A stretch of DNA of 63,859 nucleotides, the filler included, from Klebsormidium nitens (taxonomy: Eukaryota > Plantae > Klebsormidiophyceae): NCBI GenBank assembly GCA_000708835.1. It is 5 parts of 5 records of this genome, joined end to end, with 100 filler letters (N's around TTAATTAATTAA, not from the genome) between each part and the next. Parts side by side here need not be neighbours in the genome. Positions count along the whole stretch, not along the records: positions 16,883 to 43,296 come from DF237823.1; positions 43,397 to 61,433 come from DF237975.1; 3 more parts are not named here. The stretch is one strand, 5' to 3'. The position numbers were made by a program, and so were the translations under genes. Below, piece after piece: positions 37,850-50,407 of the stretch (position 1 is the stretch's first letter; each line of letters opens with the position of its first letter). Under the pieces are notes generated by a model that saw nothing but the letters and a program-made list of their open reading frames with translations, was not told where the DNA came from and ran no database searches.

Positions 37850-39197
37850 CGGTCCCGCTACCTCTCCCAACAGGCGGTCTATTCTCCTTCCGTGGTCTCC
37901 TTGCCAGATCCACTTGGCAGACTATGGGCACCCTGGCCCACTGATATTCAATGTCCAGGATGCAGCCTCTGTTCTTTAGCTCCTGAAAGAGGCGCAACAG
38001 CCTTTCAGAAGTAGAGCCTTGGAGGCCAAGGATGTCGCTCTGTGGGCTCAGATGGCAGAGACCTTTTTCTATTTGCAAATTGCCGCCACCGTGTCGATCT
38101 GAACGCTGATTATGTGGTTCCTTTCAGTAAAGAAGCAGGAATGATGTTCAGGATGGGAGGCCTTGTAGTGAGGGTCGAAAATAGAGGATTCAAAATCCAG
38201 ATTTGGAAAAGTTGTCCATGTCTTGTTTTAGAGTAAGGAAACACATCAGGCTTTTTCATTCCAGAGAAACATGATGCAAGCTGTGCTACTTGCACAAGTG
38301 CAAATGGTGACTAAGATATGCTTGCTTTTGCAAAAGTCGATGTTTTGGAAGTCAATGAAGGCCCAGCTATCGCAGAGCGGCCCATATCCCCACCTGAGCT
38401 AGTAATAAAACTCGCTTAAAACTGCTTTGCAGCATGACTTGACCATTTGAAATCCACCTCACCGTGAGCAGCGCCAGCCTGGATGGGGCAGACGCGGCAT
38501 GCTGGCTCCCAAGAATCGGTTTTGAGAGAGCCAGAATGAGCGTGCGCTTGTGTTGATCATATTCTTCTTGAGTGATGTGCCCCTGCAAGGTGCATACCTT
38601 TGAGTTTATAAATAGCCAGACCTAAGAAGACACACAGCTGCTTGCAACGTGCCTCAGAGGTCTGTCCGAAGTATGGCAATTGAGTTCCAGTTCATTTTAT
38701 CAACTCTATGTGCAACCAATGCAGCAGTCTGGAAAATGCAAGGTCAGCACATCTGCTTCAGTTAATGAGGTCCATGGGTTTCTTGCACCAGATGTCTGGC
38801 AAGCCCTGCCAAGCGCCTGATGCATGAGAGTGAAAACCCTTGCGCTTGTTTGATATGATGGTTCCAAATTCCAGTCTGCTTTTTAGGCAGGCTTCAGCGC
38901 ATCTTTTGTGACCCTTGCGCAAAGTTGAACACCACAAGGTCATTATTCTTGTTTTGATTAGTGTGAGTAGATTGCAGTTTAGAGACTCCAAAGAAGTCAA
39001 AGCATATCTGCAGCTCGCAAGGGTTTGTGGTCTTTGAAGGTGGACCTTCCTACCCATCAACCTGCAGAAGACCGTAAACACATACACGCAAGAGGCCGCA
39101 AAACAAGTCCATCAAAGTTGGAAACCTTACCTGCTGGAACGAGGCCAACATTGCGCAACATTCCTGAAGTTTTTCTTCCTCTTCAGGCCTCGGCCAT
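37850..39197 (-). pseudogene. Short gene or pseudogene with a SHOCT-like motif
   Basis: Exon ending at 39131 (EEEKLQECCAMLASFQQ) joins in phase 0 to exon 38582-38463 (GHITQEEYDQHKRTLIL), a SHOCT-like pattern. The ATG at 39197 is out of frame by one base. A further candidate exon near 38000-37860 reads LFQELKNRGCILDIEYQWARVP. Confidence 0.4.
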
Positions 39198-40458
39198 GGC
39201 AGTGCTTAGGTTTTGCTAGCTCCCCCTGTCTGCAAGTCTACTTCTACTCTCTCTCATGACTGGTGAATATTCATGCATGCCGACTCAATCACGTGCTCTT
39301 TCAAATCAATCTTCACCACTTTTCTTCCCCACAGGTTGAAAGTTTTATCTTGTGTGGTTCTTCATCATGACTTAGAATGACTACCAGTGCAGGACAGGAA
39401 CAGATCCCAAATGCTTGCTTGTTCGCACGCAAATCTCTGTATCCTTGTGCTATATATCTTGCAATGTCAAAGGCTGCGGCCTATGACCACCATTGCTTTC
39501 AAGCCTCCTCATGCAGGGCTCTCAGGCCTGATCCAAGATCCAGAGTTGACGATGTAGGAAGAACCTGCCTACGGTATACCAACTTCAATACCTATCTTCT
39601 GTGGCGGCAGCAGAGTCAACTGCAATGTGGGGGTGCGGCCAGACTCCAGAATGCGGCCGCGGCTGCCTTTGCAAATCCTCGATTGGACTCTGGAGTCTGG
39701 TCTTGAGTCTTGACATTGACATCTCAGTCAAATGCTGGCCAGAAAAACATTTGAAGTCAAATCTCAAAAACTTTCGTTATATCGTCCGTCCATGTTGGAG
39801 ACGGACGGTCCAGATTGTCTTTGGCAAGGGGTTTGGTTCAATCTACCGTCTACCGGTATTCCGTTGTGCAGGTCTGGTTTTCAGTGGAACTTAACCCTGA
39901 TTAACCATTATGCACAGTCATTTCTGAGCGCGCGTGCTACCCGCGCGCGGCACAAGACTTCGCGCCCCGCTCCGAGTTTTTATGTATCATGTATATCGCG
40001 TATGCACTCGCGAGTGCATTTCGAATCGGACGGCAGAAAAGCACGAGTTGAATCTATCGGACGATTCTCGCTTGGCTAATTTGTGCCGTCGTCACGCTTC
40101 GGCCATGCCACCGGCGTGACGCCTATACGCCCACTTTAAGTTGTCACTCTTGGCTTTTCCCAAGTTCGCCCAATGGGGTGGTCGTTCAATCATGGACCAG
40201 AGCTAGAGCGGCACGAGCAGTACAGAGCACACTGACATTAGGTGCTCGAGGCCACAATGGCATCAATGTCGAGTCTTGGAACATCTCGTAGGCCGTGCGT
40301 TGGGGATCTCTTCGAGCGGGTGGCCGCGCGCTGCTCTGGTCGTATCCGATGGTCTCTTTTCACACGCCGTAGTAGCCAGTGCGGCCATAGCCTGGCTTCT
40401 CATGGCATACAATGTTTATGATTGTTGTATTGCCCAATCTTCTACTCTAATGATCCGA

Positions 40459-40540
40459 CCCTAAACTTCTTGCCTATCGATACTACCTCAGCGATCGCAC
40501 CCTAAACTTCTTGCCTATCGATACTACCTCAGCAATCGCT
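40459..40540. repeat. 41-bp tandem duplication
   Basis: CCCTAAACTTCTTGCCTATCGATACTACCTCAGC(G/A)ATCGC(A/T) x2. Confidence 0.95.
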
Positions 40541-41029
40541 AAATGTAACTAATGATCGATATCAATGCATGCAGTTGACAAATTTGCATGATATTCATTT
40601 AATCGGGGCCACGGTGCTGCCGGGCACTGATTTCCTGACGTTGAGTTCGCTTGGCCAATGCGGGGCGTTTGTTCTATCCATCAGTGAGTCGATGGCCTCT
40701 GATCGTACTGTCGAGTACCAGAGTCGAGAGTACACTGGCCGGTACTAACCAGTGTATTGACGGTATGGACTATATAGAGACTGATAGTCCATTTGAAACA
40801 TTTTCAGACCTTCATGAGCTGGCTGTTACTCATCATGATTATCTCGGTACTGCATGTATCGTATGGCCGGAGTGGACAAGTTATAAAATGAATGATCGAA
40901 AACATGAGAGTCAGAAAGGTACTCAGTTCGATATAGGCCCGTTAAGATACTCGTTTGATTGCCTCACCCCCTATAAAACTCGGGCCCAACACTGAACCCT
41001 AGAAGATCGACGCACCATCACAAAACACC

Positions 41030-41330
41030 CCCCCCAAAGTTTCCGAACTGAATCCATGTGGATTTCAAGCCGGTAGACTCTCATATGATCGCGTCATGGA
41101 AATCTCGACTCGCTTCCGCACAGAAATGACATGGAGGCCGAGCAGTCCGGATCCACACAGATTCCATGATAGTGTCAGCACGGAATCAAGGCAGAATGTT
41201 CAAATGAAAACCAAGCCGGAAGTCGCATGGAATCCGTGCCTAGAATCCACATGAATGCGGCAACGAATCTGTGTGCATCGAATCCATGTGGAAATCATGC
41301 CGAATTGGGGCCTCGAATCCGTGCAGCATC
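41030..41330. repeat. Cluster of GAATCC(A/G)TG-like motifs in both orientations, probably a DNA-transposon subterminal region
   Basis: About 8 copies near 41050, 41150, 41160, 41228, 41243, 41265, 41280 and 41315. The transposon interpretation is inference. Confidence 0.5.
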
Positions 41331-43395
41331 TACTTGGCATCTTATTGTAGCGCTTCACCATGGAAACCATACCGCTCCATGATATGTGTTGCTTATATTG
41401 TTGCAAACAGTGCCTCCTACGAGGCAATGATTCGCACCACATGGCGCCGCAAGACTCGGCGCACATTGCTACAATATAAGCTCAGCCAATAGTAGTACAT
41501 GCTTGTCATGCTCATGATGCACCTTGAGGCTCGCAAGACACCAATTCTCCGTGCTCTGTACTATGTGCAATCAGATCCACTATATGCAATCAGATCTAGA
41601 CACACTTTCGTGTCGGAGTTGGTTACAAGAGCGGTTGTCGTCAATTTTAATTTAAGCAACGCTTGTCGTTTAGCAGGTGGCGGGCACTTGTCACTACCTA
41701 TAATAAACGGCAAAGTAAGCAGAAGCAACACGATTGAGCCGCGTACTTTGTTGGCGGCTGAGTTTGTTGGTCGCAATCCCAGATGTTGACCTGCAATCAA
41801 GAGAGTTTGTCGGACTCGGGTCAATGGAATGGCTGAGTGACAACTTCGTACAACAAGTCCAGTAGCTTCGAGAGTTTGAGATACAAAGACCCGACTTCAA
41901 AACAAATGTTTGAAGGTTGTCTTGCAAACTCACCTTGTGGAAGAGGCAGCCGAGGGAGGAGAACCGACAAGGTTGGCACACCTCCGACGAAGTGGTCCAG
42001 AACCTGCATGTTGATAGAAGGAAGAGGAAGGTGAGGGCTCACGACGTTCGACCTCTATCTTCATCTCAAGGATTCTGTTGGTTCTAAGTGACGGGAGCAG
42101 TTCTCAGCATTTGCAGAGCAGCGGTATCACCCCGAGTCTGGTCGTCCCTTTGATGGCAAAACACACGGAACAATATCTTACCGGTCACTATTTCATACGC
42201 TCAATTTCTGGCCATCTGACGGCGCCCGGCCAAAGAGGGGATATCCTGGTAGCAGATGCTTCAAATTGTGGCGTTTGAAGGTCTCGAAGTCCCAGGCTAG
42301 ACGGCAATGAACCCACCTTCAGATGCTGCGTGAACGACTGCAATCCGGACGCAAAGCCAGCAAGATCGTTGGGCGGCAGGCGGCGGGCGGCAGGCTGGCA
42401 GTAGTCGGGCCCGCAAGGCGGAGCAGCCCCTCCGCCCGTCTCAGCAGCATGAAGCACCGCCAGGGGGGCCCCATTCGGCAGTCCGACCCGCCCAGTGCGT
42501 GCACGTCTGCCAAGGATAGCGGCCAAAAGCATTGTTAGACACAGCCTGGACGTCACGGAAAGAAAGACAATCTCAGCGCACACTAGGGCTGTCTGCTCGG
42601 AAACACCAGGCTGCAGCCTGCGACAAGGACGCCAGAACGGACTTACATCCACCCCGGGCTCAAAGCATACCTCTCGAGGATGCGGCAACCTTTCCTGATT
42701 GCTTTGGGAAACAGTGTTGCAGACCGGTTTTGGACATGACCAAGCTTCGGCATGCCTCTCAACCGGTTTCTTTGCGAATAGACGAAGGAGCAAAGGGGTC
42801 AGATGCAGCCAGACAGGCCCGATAATGCAGCTGGCACGCACCTCGGCGAAGAAGAGCGCGCCGTTTTTTAAGCTTTCCATGTTGTCGCTCAACACCAGCA
42901 TGTCCGCCCCCCGGGCTCAAAGTCCTCAAGCGTCGAACCGCGCGCGCGTTGAGGCCGTATGCCCTTGTCCTCCGTGCGGTCGCCCCTCAGATTGCCTGCT
43001 CAAAAGCCGAAAAGAGAAAACAATCAGGGCAGAAATGACGTTGTGGCACATTTTCAAGCCAAGCCAAAGGACGGTAATCAGTGTCCTCAACCGAAAGAAG
43101 CTTATCTAAGAAGGCCGAGTTGGAAAGGTACAACAGCTCTGAAGACTGCGGATGCCTTCGACGGTGGAACCTGGCTGACAGTACGTGTCAGGCCACATGC
43201 AACAAATGGAGACGGTTTGAATTAGACCGACCTGAACCAAAACTGTTGGCGAGTGTGTTTCAACCTCGCTCACAGGACGACCTTGAACGACATCGGNNNN
43301 NNNNNNNNNNNNNNNNNNNNNNNNNNNNNNNNNNNNNNNNTTAATTAATTAANNNNNNNNNNNNNNNNNNNNNNNNNNNNNNNNNNNNNNNNNNN

Positions 43396-46300
43396 NTGCT
43401 TGCTTACCGGGGCGTAGTCAATTCCTCGTCGAAGTCAATTCCCTGCTTCTCCGGGTAGCCCTTCGCCACCAGCCAGGACTTGTACCGCTCCACGTTCCTG
43501 TGAGCGTCCCGCTTGATCTTGTAAACCCACTTCACGGGACCCGGCTTGACCTCTATCAATCTTTCGAGGTTTCCCACGTCCCGTTCCTCAGCAGGGAACG
43601 CATCCCCTCGTCCATGGGCTTCCGCCCAGGGATCACTCGCTTCTCCCCCTACGGCTTCCTGATTACGCTGCGATTTTGGATGCTCGCCCGTTCATTTATG
43701 GTGCTCCCCCGCTTCCGTATCCGCCGCCAAGTTGGCGCGGTATATCATTCCCCGGGTGCGCGTCTCTCACGCGCGGCGTACCTCTGAGCAGACGGTTTTG
43801 GCATCCCTATGTCCTCCACAATCTCTTCCGGCTCTGCTCTGCTCTCGCGCACCATTTCCGAAACTTGCCCTCCACTTTTGGTCGGTTTTGGAAATCGTGC
43901 GTGCGACGCGGCCGCGGTCGGTTGCGGGCGCGTGCGCGTTGTTGGGCGCGGGTGCGAGCGTGTGATGTCGCGCTTGCCTGACGCTTCTGGGGAACCCTCC
44001 ATGAGGTCGCAGATCAGCTCAACAAACCCGTTATTCCCCTCTCCCTCGTCAAAAATGACGTCCCGGGAGATCACGATCCTCCCGTCGCTATTCCAGAGCA
44101 CCCGGTACGCCTTGGAGTCCGGCTCATACCCCACGAACACACACCGCTCGCTCACCGAAACCAACTTCCGACGCCTCTGCTTTNNNNNNNNNNNNNNNNN
44201 NNNNNNNNNNNNNNNNNNNNNNNNNNNNNNNNNNNNNNNNNNNNNNNNNNNNNNNNNNNNNNNNNNNNNNNNNNNNNNNNNNNNNNNNNNNNNNNNNNNN
44301 NNNNNNNNNNNNNNNNNNNNNNNNNNNNNNNNNNNNNNNNNNNNNNNNNNNNNNNNNNNNNNNNNNNNNNNNNNNNNNNNNNNNNNNNNNNNNNNNNNNN
44401 NNNNNNNNNNNNNNNNNNNNNNNNNNNNNNNNNNNNNNNNNNNNNNNNNNNNNNNNNNNNNNNNNNNNNNNNNNNNNNNNNNNNNNNNNNNNNNNNNNNN
44501 NNNNNNNNNNNNNNNNNNNNNNNNNNNNNNNNNNNNNNNNNNNNNNNNNNNNNNNNNNNNNNNNNNNNNNNNNNNNNNNNNNNNNNNNNNNNNNNNNNNN
44601 NNNNNNNNNNNNNNNNNNNNNNNNNNNNNNNNNNNNNNNNNNNNNNNNNNNNNNNNNNNNNNNNNNNNNNNNNNNNNNNNNNNNNNNNNNNNNNNNNNNN
44701 NNNNNNNNNNNNNNNNNNNNNNNNNNNNNNNNNNNNNNNNNNNNNNNNNNNNNNNNNNNNNNNNNNNNNNNNNNNNNNNNNNNNNNNNNNNNNNNNNNNN
44801 NNNNNNNNNNNNNNNNNNNNNNNNNNNNNNNNNNNNNNNNNNNNNNNNNNNNNNNNNNNNNNNNNNNNNNNNNNNNNNNNNNNNNNNNNNNNNNNNNNNN
44901 NNNNNNNNNNNNNNNNNNNNNNNNNNNNNNNNNNNNNNNNNNNNNNNNNNNNNNNNNNNNNNNNNNNNNNNNNNNNNNNNNNNNNNNNNNNNNNNNNNNN
45001 NNNNNNNNNNNNNNNNNNNNNNNTCACCGAAACCAACTTCCGACGCCTCTGCTTTGAAACGTGCTTGTAGGCTCGCGCCCCAAACATCTGCATGTGCCCC
45101 ACATTGGGCTTCTTGTCGTAAAACGCCTCCCACGGGGTCCTCCCGTGTGCGCTCACTGGGGTCCGGTTCCAAGTGTAGTTGGCCGTCACCACGGAATCCG
45201 CCCACATCTCTTTGGGCAGCCCCAAGTCCTCGAGCATCGCTTGGACCTTCTCCTTTAACTGCGGATTGAGCCGTTCTGCCGACCCGTTCTTCTCGGCCGT
45301 GTAGGGGGCGGTCTTCTCGTGCACCGTCCCTTTGCCCCCGAACACGTCTTTGAGGGCTTTGTTGACGGACCCCTTCCCCCGATCCGTTAGCACCGACCTG
45401 AGCTTCTTCCTGGATTGCAACCCCAACCGGTTAATAACGTGCTCGGTCACCTTGGCCACCTCGTTCTCCTGCTTCAAGGGGACTACAACCGAGAGCTTGC
45501 TGTAGTCGTCCAAAAAGGTGGCGAATACCGGCTCCCCCGACTGAGGGGACCGGCATCGGCCCGCCGCAACGTCCATGTTGACCAGCTCGACGGGCTCCAC
45601 GCTCACAGACTCCGACTCCGGGAAGGGGAGCCGCGTTTTGCTTCCCCATGAGGCACGGCTCACACACCGAGGTTTTGAGCGCCATGAACGCCCTTGGTTT
45701 CACGCCGACACCCTCAACGTGGTTGTCTTGCACCATCTTCGTCAAATTCACATACCCGAAGATCAATTCCCGAAATCAAGTTTGCCGCAACTTTCGGAAC
45801 GTACATCACGTTTTGCAAGGTGACCAGACACTCTCCGATTGGTGTCGCGCACCGCAGCTTAATTGAGCCGCTCCCTCTGCCCACAAGGTTCCCTGTCTCC
45901 AAACGTGAACTCTGGGCCACTCCCCTCGAACATCTCGAGGATCTCAAAGCGACTCTTGTCCCCGGTTAGGTGCGGATAGCTACCCGAATCTACGAGCCAC
46001 TTGTCAGCAGCTACCCCCTCAATCCCGCTAAAGGCCACTCACTTGAAAGGTTTCCCTCCCTTCCCGGCTTGTGTTTTCCGCCTATCCGGCTTGCTTTACC
46101 ACCTTTTTGGTCTTGAGAAAGAGAGAAACGGAACGCAATCCCTAAATGGCCGACGGATACAAGATCCACACGGATAAGTTAGATGTGGAAAACTATTGAA
46201 TGCGGAGTTTCCAAAATCGGGTTTCTTCTGACTTCTGAGGATCTAGTGAATGGGGTTGAGGATCTTGTAGCGCACCCAACTCAAAGAAAAGATCCTTAAC

Positions 46301-47395
46301 GTTTGTCCATCATTGGACTAAACGTTAAGGATCACCATTTGGGGTCGATTGAGGAGTGCAAAACCGCAAAGGAGACGTGGGGTCTCCTTGAGAAGACCTA
46401 CATGAGCAAGACCAATGCAAAGAGAATGCAGCTCAGGCAAGAGTTGCATTCCCTCAAGATTAAGTCGGGTGAGCCCGTGACTATGTATGCCTGTCGGGCA
46501 AAGGATTCGTTTAGGGACTTGACAGCTACTGGTTTTGTTTGCTGCTCTTCCGGGCAATGTGATCAAAACTCACCGCGGTTGTAGCACTTTTAGGCCCCTT
46601 GCCCCGGCTCTCATCTTTGCCGTGGCTCTTTTAGCGCCCTTCTAGCGCCCTCTCTTAGCGCCCTTTCCGCTGAGCTAGATAAGCCACAGCGGAGTCCGAC
46701 CCACCACCGCCCTCTTCCTTGGGCAGCTTAATCCCCTGCTCATGCACCAAGAGCTTCGGCAGAATCGCATCCACCGAGCTCAAGGCGCCCTCCGAAGCCT
46801 CTAGAATTGTTCTCCGGGTACTAAACGAGCTCGGCAATCCCGCGAGCACCCTCCAAGCCAGCTCCTCCGGCTTCTTAGGCTTTCTCTGCCACTTGCTCCC
46901 CCTTGCGGGCGGTCAAATGTCGTTTAGCTCAAAGAGCATCCACGATAAAGCAGACCGCACTAGGGTTGCCTTCGTTGAGAAGAGAGAACCATTGGCCGAC
47001 CTTGGCGCACAGATTCAATTTTCGCCCTTCCAGAGGCCTACTATTGAATGCTTGCGCCCTCACTCCCTGGGCGCCGTGGTGCGCCGTCGTGAGCCGTGGG
47101 CCCTTAACCTGTTGAACACGGGATTGTTGGGAATGAATGATCGAATGATCAAGTCACACAATAATTATCGAGGGTTCGGAGTCTATCGGCGCTAAAACTA
47201 TGTAGTCCGTGTCCTATGCTAGTCTTAATCGACTAGAGTCACACTCCTAGTCTAGGTCCATACTGATAGCCTAGTAGGCTTAGTTGACCGTGCATACGCA
47301 AGTCCGAAAGCTTCGCGCAAACCCGAATATCTACGGCTATTATCGAACCGGCTAGTTACGTCGGCGGTTACCTCAATAAGTCATCCGGGTGTAAT
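43396..47395 (-). mobile_element. Degenerate Ty1/Copia retrotransposon (5' LTR, PBS, gag, protease, integrase, start of RT)
   Basis: LTR at about 47395-47110, then PBS-like GGTTAAGGGCCCA. gag VLAGLPSSF..IL (46870-46650), decayed knuckle KCYNRGEFDHIARK (about 46590), protease WLVDSG..HLTGD (about 46000), integrase FLDDYSK...TDRG...TAPYTAEKNGSAERLN, CVFVGYEPDSKAYR, and RT-start WVYKIKRD..VERYK..LVAKG near 43530-43440. Confidence 0.93.
46290..46540 (+). pseudogene. Copia gag N-terminal (UBN2-like) fragment in inverted orientation
   Basis: IIGLNVKDHHLGSIEECKTAKETWGLLEKTYMSKTNAKRMQLRQELHSLKIKSGEPVTMYACRAK on the plus strand, inside the minus-strand element. Confidence 0.85.
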
Positions 47396-49801
47396 GTTGA
47401 ATCACACGCTCATGCTTGGAGCCTACTAGGGATTCAACCACCCTCACACGCAAGTGCTTTCACAAAAGGAGCGCCCTTACTCTCACCAAGCATCTCTTAG
47501 TATGAATAGTTCAAATCAAGTGTAATCCCGTAGTTAGGTCTACCCAAACCTACTCCAAGTCTACCATCACCCTTGGATACGTGGATCCTATAATCCACGG
47601 CCTAGCTTCAATCAATCCAATTAACTATCATCGAACGGTCCACACAAGTTTGATCTAATCTCTTGCATCTACCTTTTCCCAGGTTCTCAATCTCCCAAGT
47701 CCTTCCAAATCTGCCGGTCTTAATTCGTCGACTAGTTGGGCTATTTGATCTTAATCTATTCAAGCACTCAATCCTTTTCATCTTAATCTGCCAAGACATC
47801 CATCTCGTTGATCTTAATCTTACAAGTGCCAATTATCCTTGCTTATAATTCCACCACTTTGGCCGTCAATCTATCTTTATCTCAACACCTTTACACGAAC
47901 AAATTGTCCCACTCACATCTAGCCACTTCCACCCGCTCGCTTCTTAGACCTCGGTGTCACCCGACCCGTCCCCCTTCCTCAAAACTTTCCTGGGTGCCGC
48001 ACATGCCCTTTCCGGATACCTTTTGGTCGCTCGTCACTGGCGTCTTCACCTTTCTCTTTCAACTTTGTCCAACTTCCTTAAATTTCGCGGAGAAAAGGTG
48101 GTGTAAAGGTTACACCTTTAGAGGAATCCGTAGACTACATGTCTCATTCCTGCTCCCTCTTGGGAGTTGCATGCATAATTTCATGTATATAATCGGAGAC
48201 CTGCAGCTAGTGCACATGCATAGATTCAGACAGTATGCCCGTTTTGAATTCAGCCGGATCCGGCCATCCTACGGTGGAACTGGCTCGGGGTTTGACTCGC
48301 AACCGCAATGCGCGTTAATGACACAAGTCCGTATGACGCGCGAGCGCTTAGCTACTGGAGGATCCCCGCGATGGGCTCGGCAAGCTAGCGCCGTTACAAT
48401 TCTCTCCCCTTAAGAGCGAATCTCGGAAGAGCTGCAAAAGGTACAATTCGAAGACTAAGAGGCGGGCCCGACGTTGAGTGAAGGTCGCGGCATTCTGTCG
48501 GACCCATTACTCAGCACCGGGCTTGCTGCTGTTCAACATGTACCACAGTGGTTGACGGCCGCAAACAAACTTATAAACACTGAAAACCGTCAGTGAACTA
48601 TTTGTGGGCCTTATCGTACAGTGGATAGTGAGCGCCGCTCTCGTTCCCAATCCGCGCGACGCATCGAGCGACACAAATTTACCGTTGAAGTCAAAAGGAT
48701 CATCGACGGCAAAACGTTGATCTTGCCGATTATCGAACTCTGCCGCATCGGTTAACATTGATCTCACGCTGCGTTCAACAAACTTTTGCAACGTCAGCGA
48801 AACATTATAGCCAATGTGCAACCCAATTACTAACTTTTGTTGCATACTGATTGCAGTGGACAACGTCAATATTCAAAAAAACTTGGTCTGCAACGTTAGC
48901 AGACTCGGATTGACAAAGGATTGGTGCGTTCGGATGACTGGTGAGCATACATACTACCCACCTTACCGGACGGTCAATCGATCCTTACAGTTTTCTTCAA
49001 AACAAACCTATGTCAAAACGTCAGCAAAAGGATCGTCACTCTCAGATGATTGCGTTGAGCATGCTACTCAGCTGCTTTGACAAATGAGCGATCCCTTGGG
49101 ATTTGTACTTACTTACTTTGGGAAACCGCAAGCTGACACGAGCAAAAGAGAAAATGCGTGCTAATCGTTCGTGGTTATCTAGTAACTATAATCACTCAGG
49201 TACACATACTTTCCAAGTTGAAGAAAAGTGTAGATAACTTATATCTTGAGCCAGACCGGTCACTACGATCATGCAATCTTAACGAACGCACATGCTGTTG
49301 AGAAACGGAGTTGATTGACGGCCAAATTGTTGAGTTATAGAGTTAGGCTCGATAGATTTGAGCCGTAGACTCGTGAGTTTTGTCGTGTGATATCGACCGT
49401 CCGATTGCGTGTTGACTCGGATTTTGGATCGTTAGATGTGAGTCGACTCGAGTAGCATAGTAACCCGACCACTAGTAGTACGGTACTACCGACCACTAGT
49501 AGTATAGTGCCCCGGTCACAAGTCCGAGTGGAATATAGGCCGTATTGTGAGTAGTAGAGTGACCGGTTGATGGAAAGGAGTCCATATAGTTGAACCGACT
49601 AGTGGGTGGTGGAAGTATACCCGACCTAGGCTAGAGTACATCTAGCTACGGGATTGGAGTGACTTGGACTATTATGATGTGATGGATATTCATTCTATTA
49701 GAGATGCTTGAAGAGAGGAAGGTTGCTTCTTTGTGAAGGCGCTTATGTTTGAGGGTGGTTGGACCCTAGCTTGTGACAAGCATGAGTGAATGATTTCAAC
49801 A
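47396..49801. mobile_element. Gypsy-like LTR debris
   Basis: Related LTR ends are inverted at 47396-47447 and 49750-49801 (GAGGGTGGTTG..CAAGCATGAG..TTCAACA). Minus-strand PPT/LTR junction AAGGGGAGAGAAT|TGTAACGG near 48396. Weak integrase-like NSSLTVFSVYKFVCGRQP near 48600-48550 (minus). Confidence 0.55.
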
Positions 49802-50140
49802 CATGCTTGGAGCAAAATGGGTGCTCCGGATTTCGAACATGGTAATCTGGGCAACTCCTTCGCGACGTATCCGGAGGTCCGTAGCGCGAAGCAACACAAC
49901 GTCTATTGATGTAAACGTTCTGCCACCGAGGTGGGCTCAATGAAATGACCAGTTCCCTTGAAGCACCGAGGCGCGCCCAACCCGCGCTCCTGTAAGATCA
50001 TCCGATTAGACCAACACCCTGGTAAATCTCAGAAATCCCTTCATTTCAGTATTTAAAGACGGACATTCTGCCCGAAAGTGTTTGTGGGTTCACTTGAATC
50101 CCAACCGTCGATATGTTTAATAGTTTCGTCTGCGCTCCGC

Positions 50141-50395
50141 TCACGTTCCAAGTCGAAGAACTCCATAAGAGTGGTAAAATGCTCCTACAACCTTCCAAGG
50201 CGTGCACGAGTGCACTGCCAGCTCACTCTGCTTTTTGGTCGGTCCCGCTGCCACCAAATCCGAGTCCAACTTGAGCTCCCGGAATTCCCCTAGGTACTCG
50301 GCGATTGATGTCCCCTTTGTCAACTTGAGACCCGTCATCTTCCTCCTAAGCTGAATCATGCGCGCATTGCTCCTTTTCTCAAAGTTGTCCTCCAA
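50141..50395 (-). pseudogene. Copia gag (UBN2-like) fragment
   Basis: LEDNFEKRSNARMIQLRRKMTGLKLTKGTSIAEYLGEFRELK..LVAAG. Interrupted upstream by the TIR element at 50408. Confidence 0.82.
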
Positions 50396-50407
50396 CTTCC
50401 TTTTTCG

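Noticed and set aside
42188-42901. 237-aa minus-strand ORF
   Set aside because: It crosses apparent splice signals and has no recognisable domain. It may contain real exons, but no supportable model could be built.
44152-45055. 32-bp direct repeat flanking an 840-N gap, and the 486-503-aa ORFs spanning it
   Set aside because: 44152-44183 equals 45024-45055 and the integrase reads continuously if they are merged. This is an unmerged contig overlap, so the gap and long ORFs are artefacts.
48270-48310. B-box-like GGTTTGACTC suggesting a tRNA or SINE
   Set aside because: No cloverleaf or A-box at a suitable spacing could be built.
48945-48990. Plus-strand GACGGTCAATCG resembling the Gypsy integrase HPQTDGQS motif
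   Set aside because: The flanks do not continue the motif and the orientation conflicts with the adjacent PPT/LTR; too short to support.
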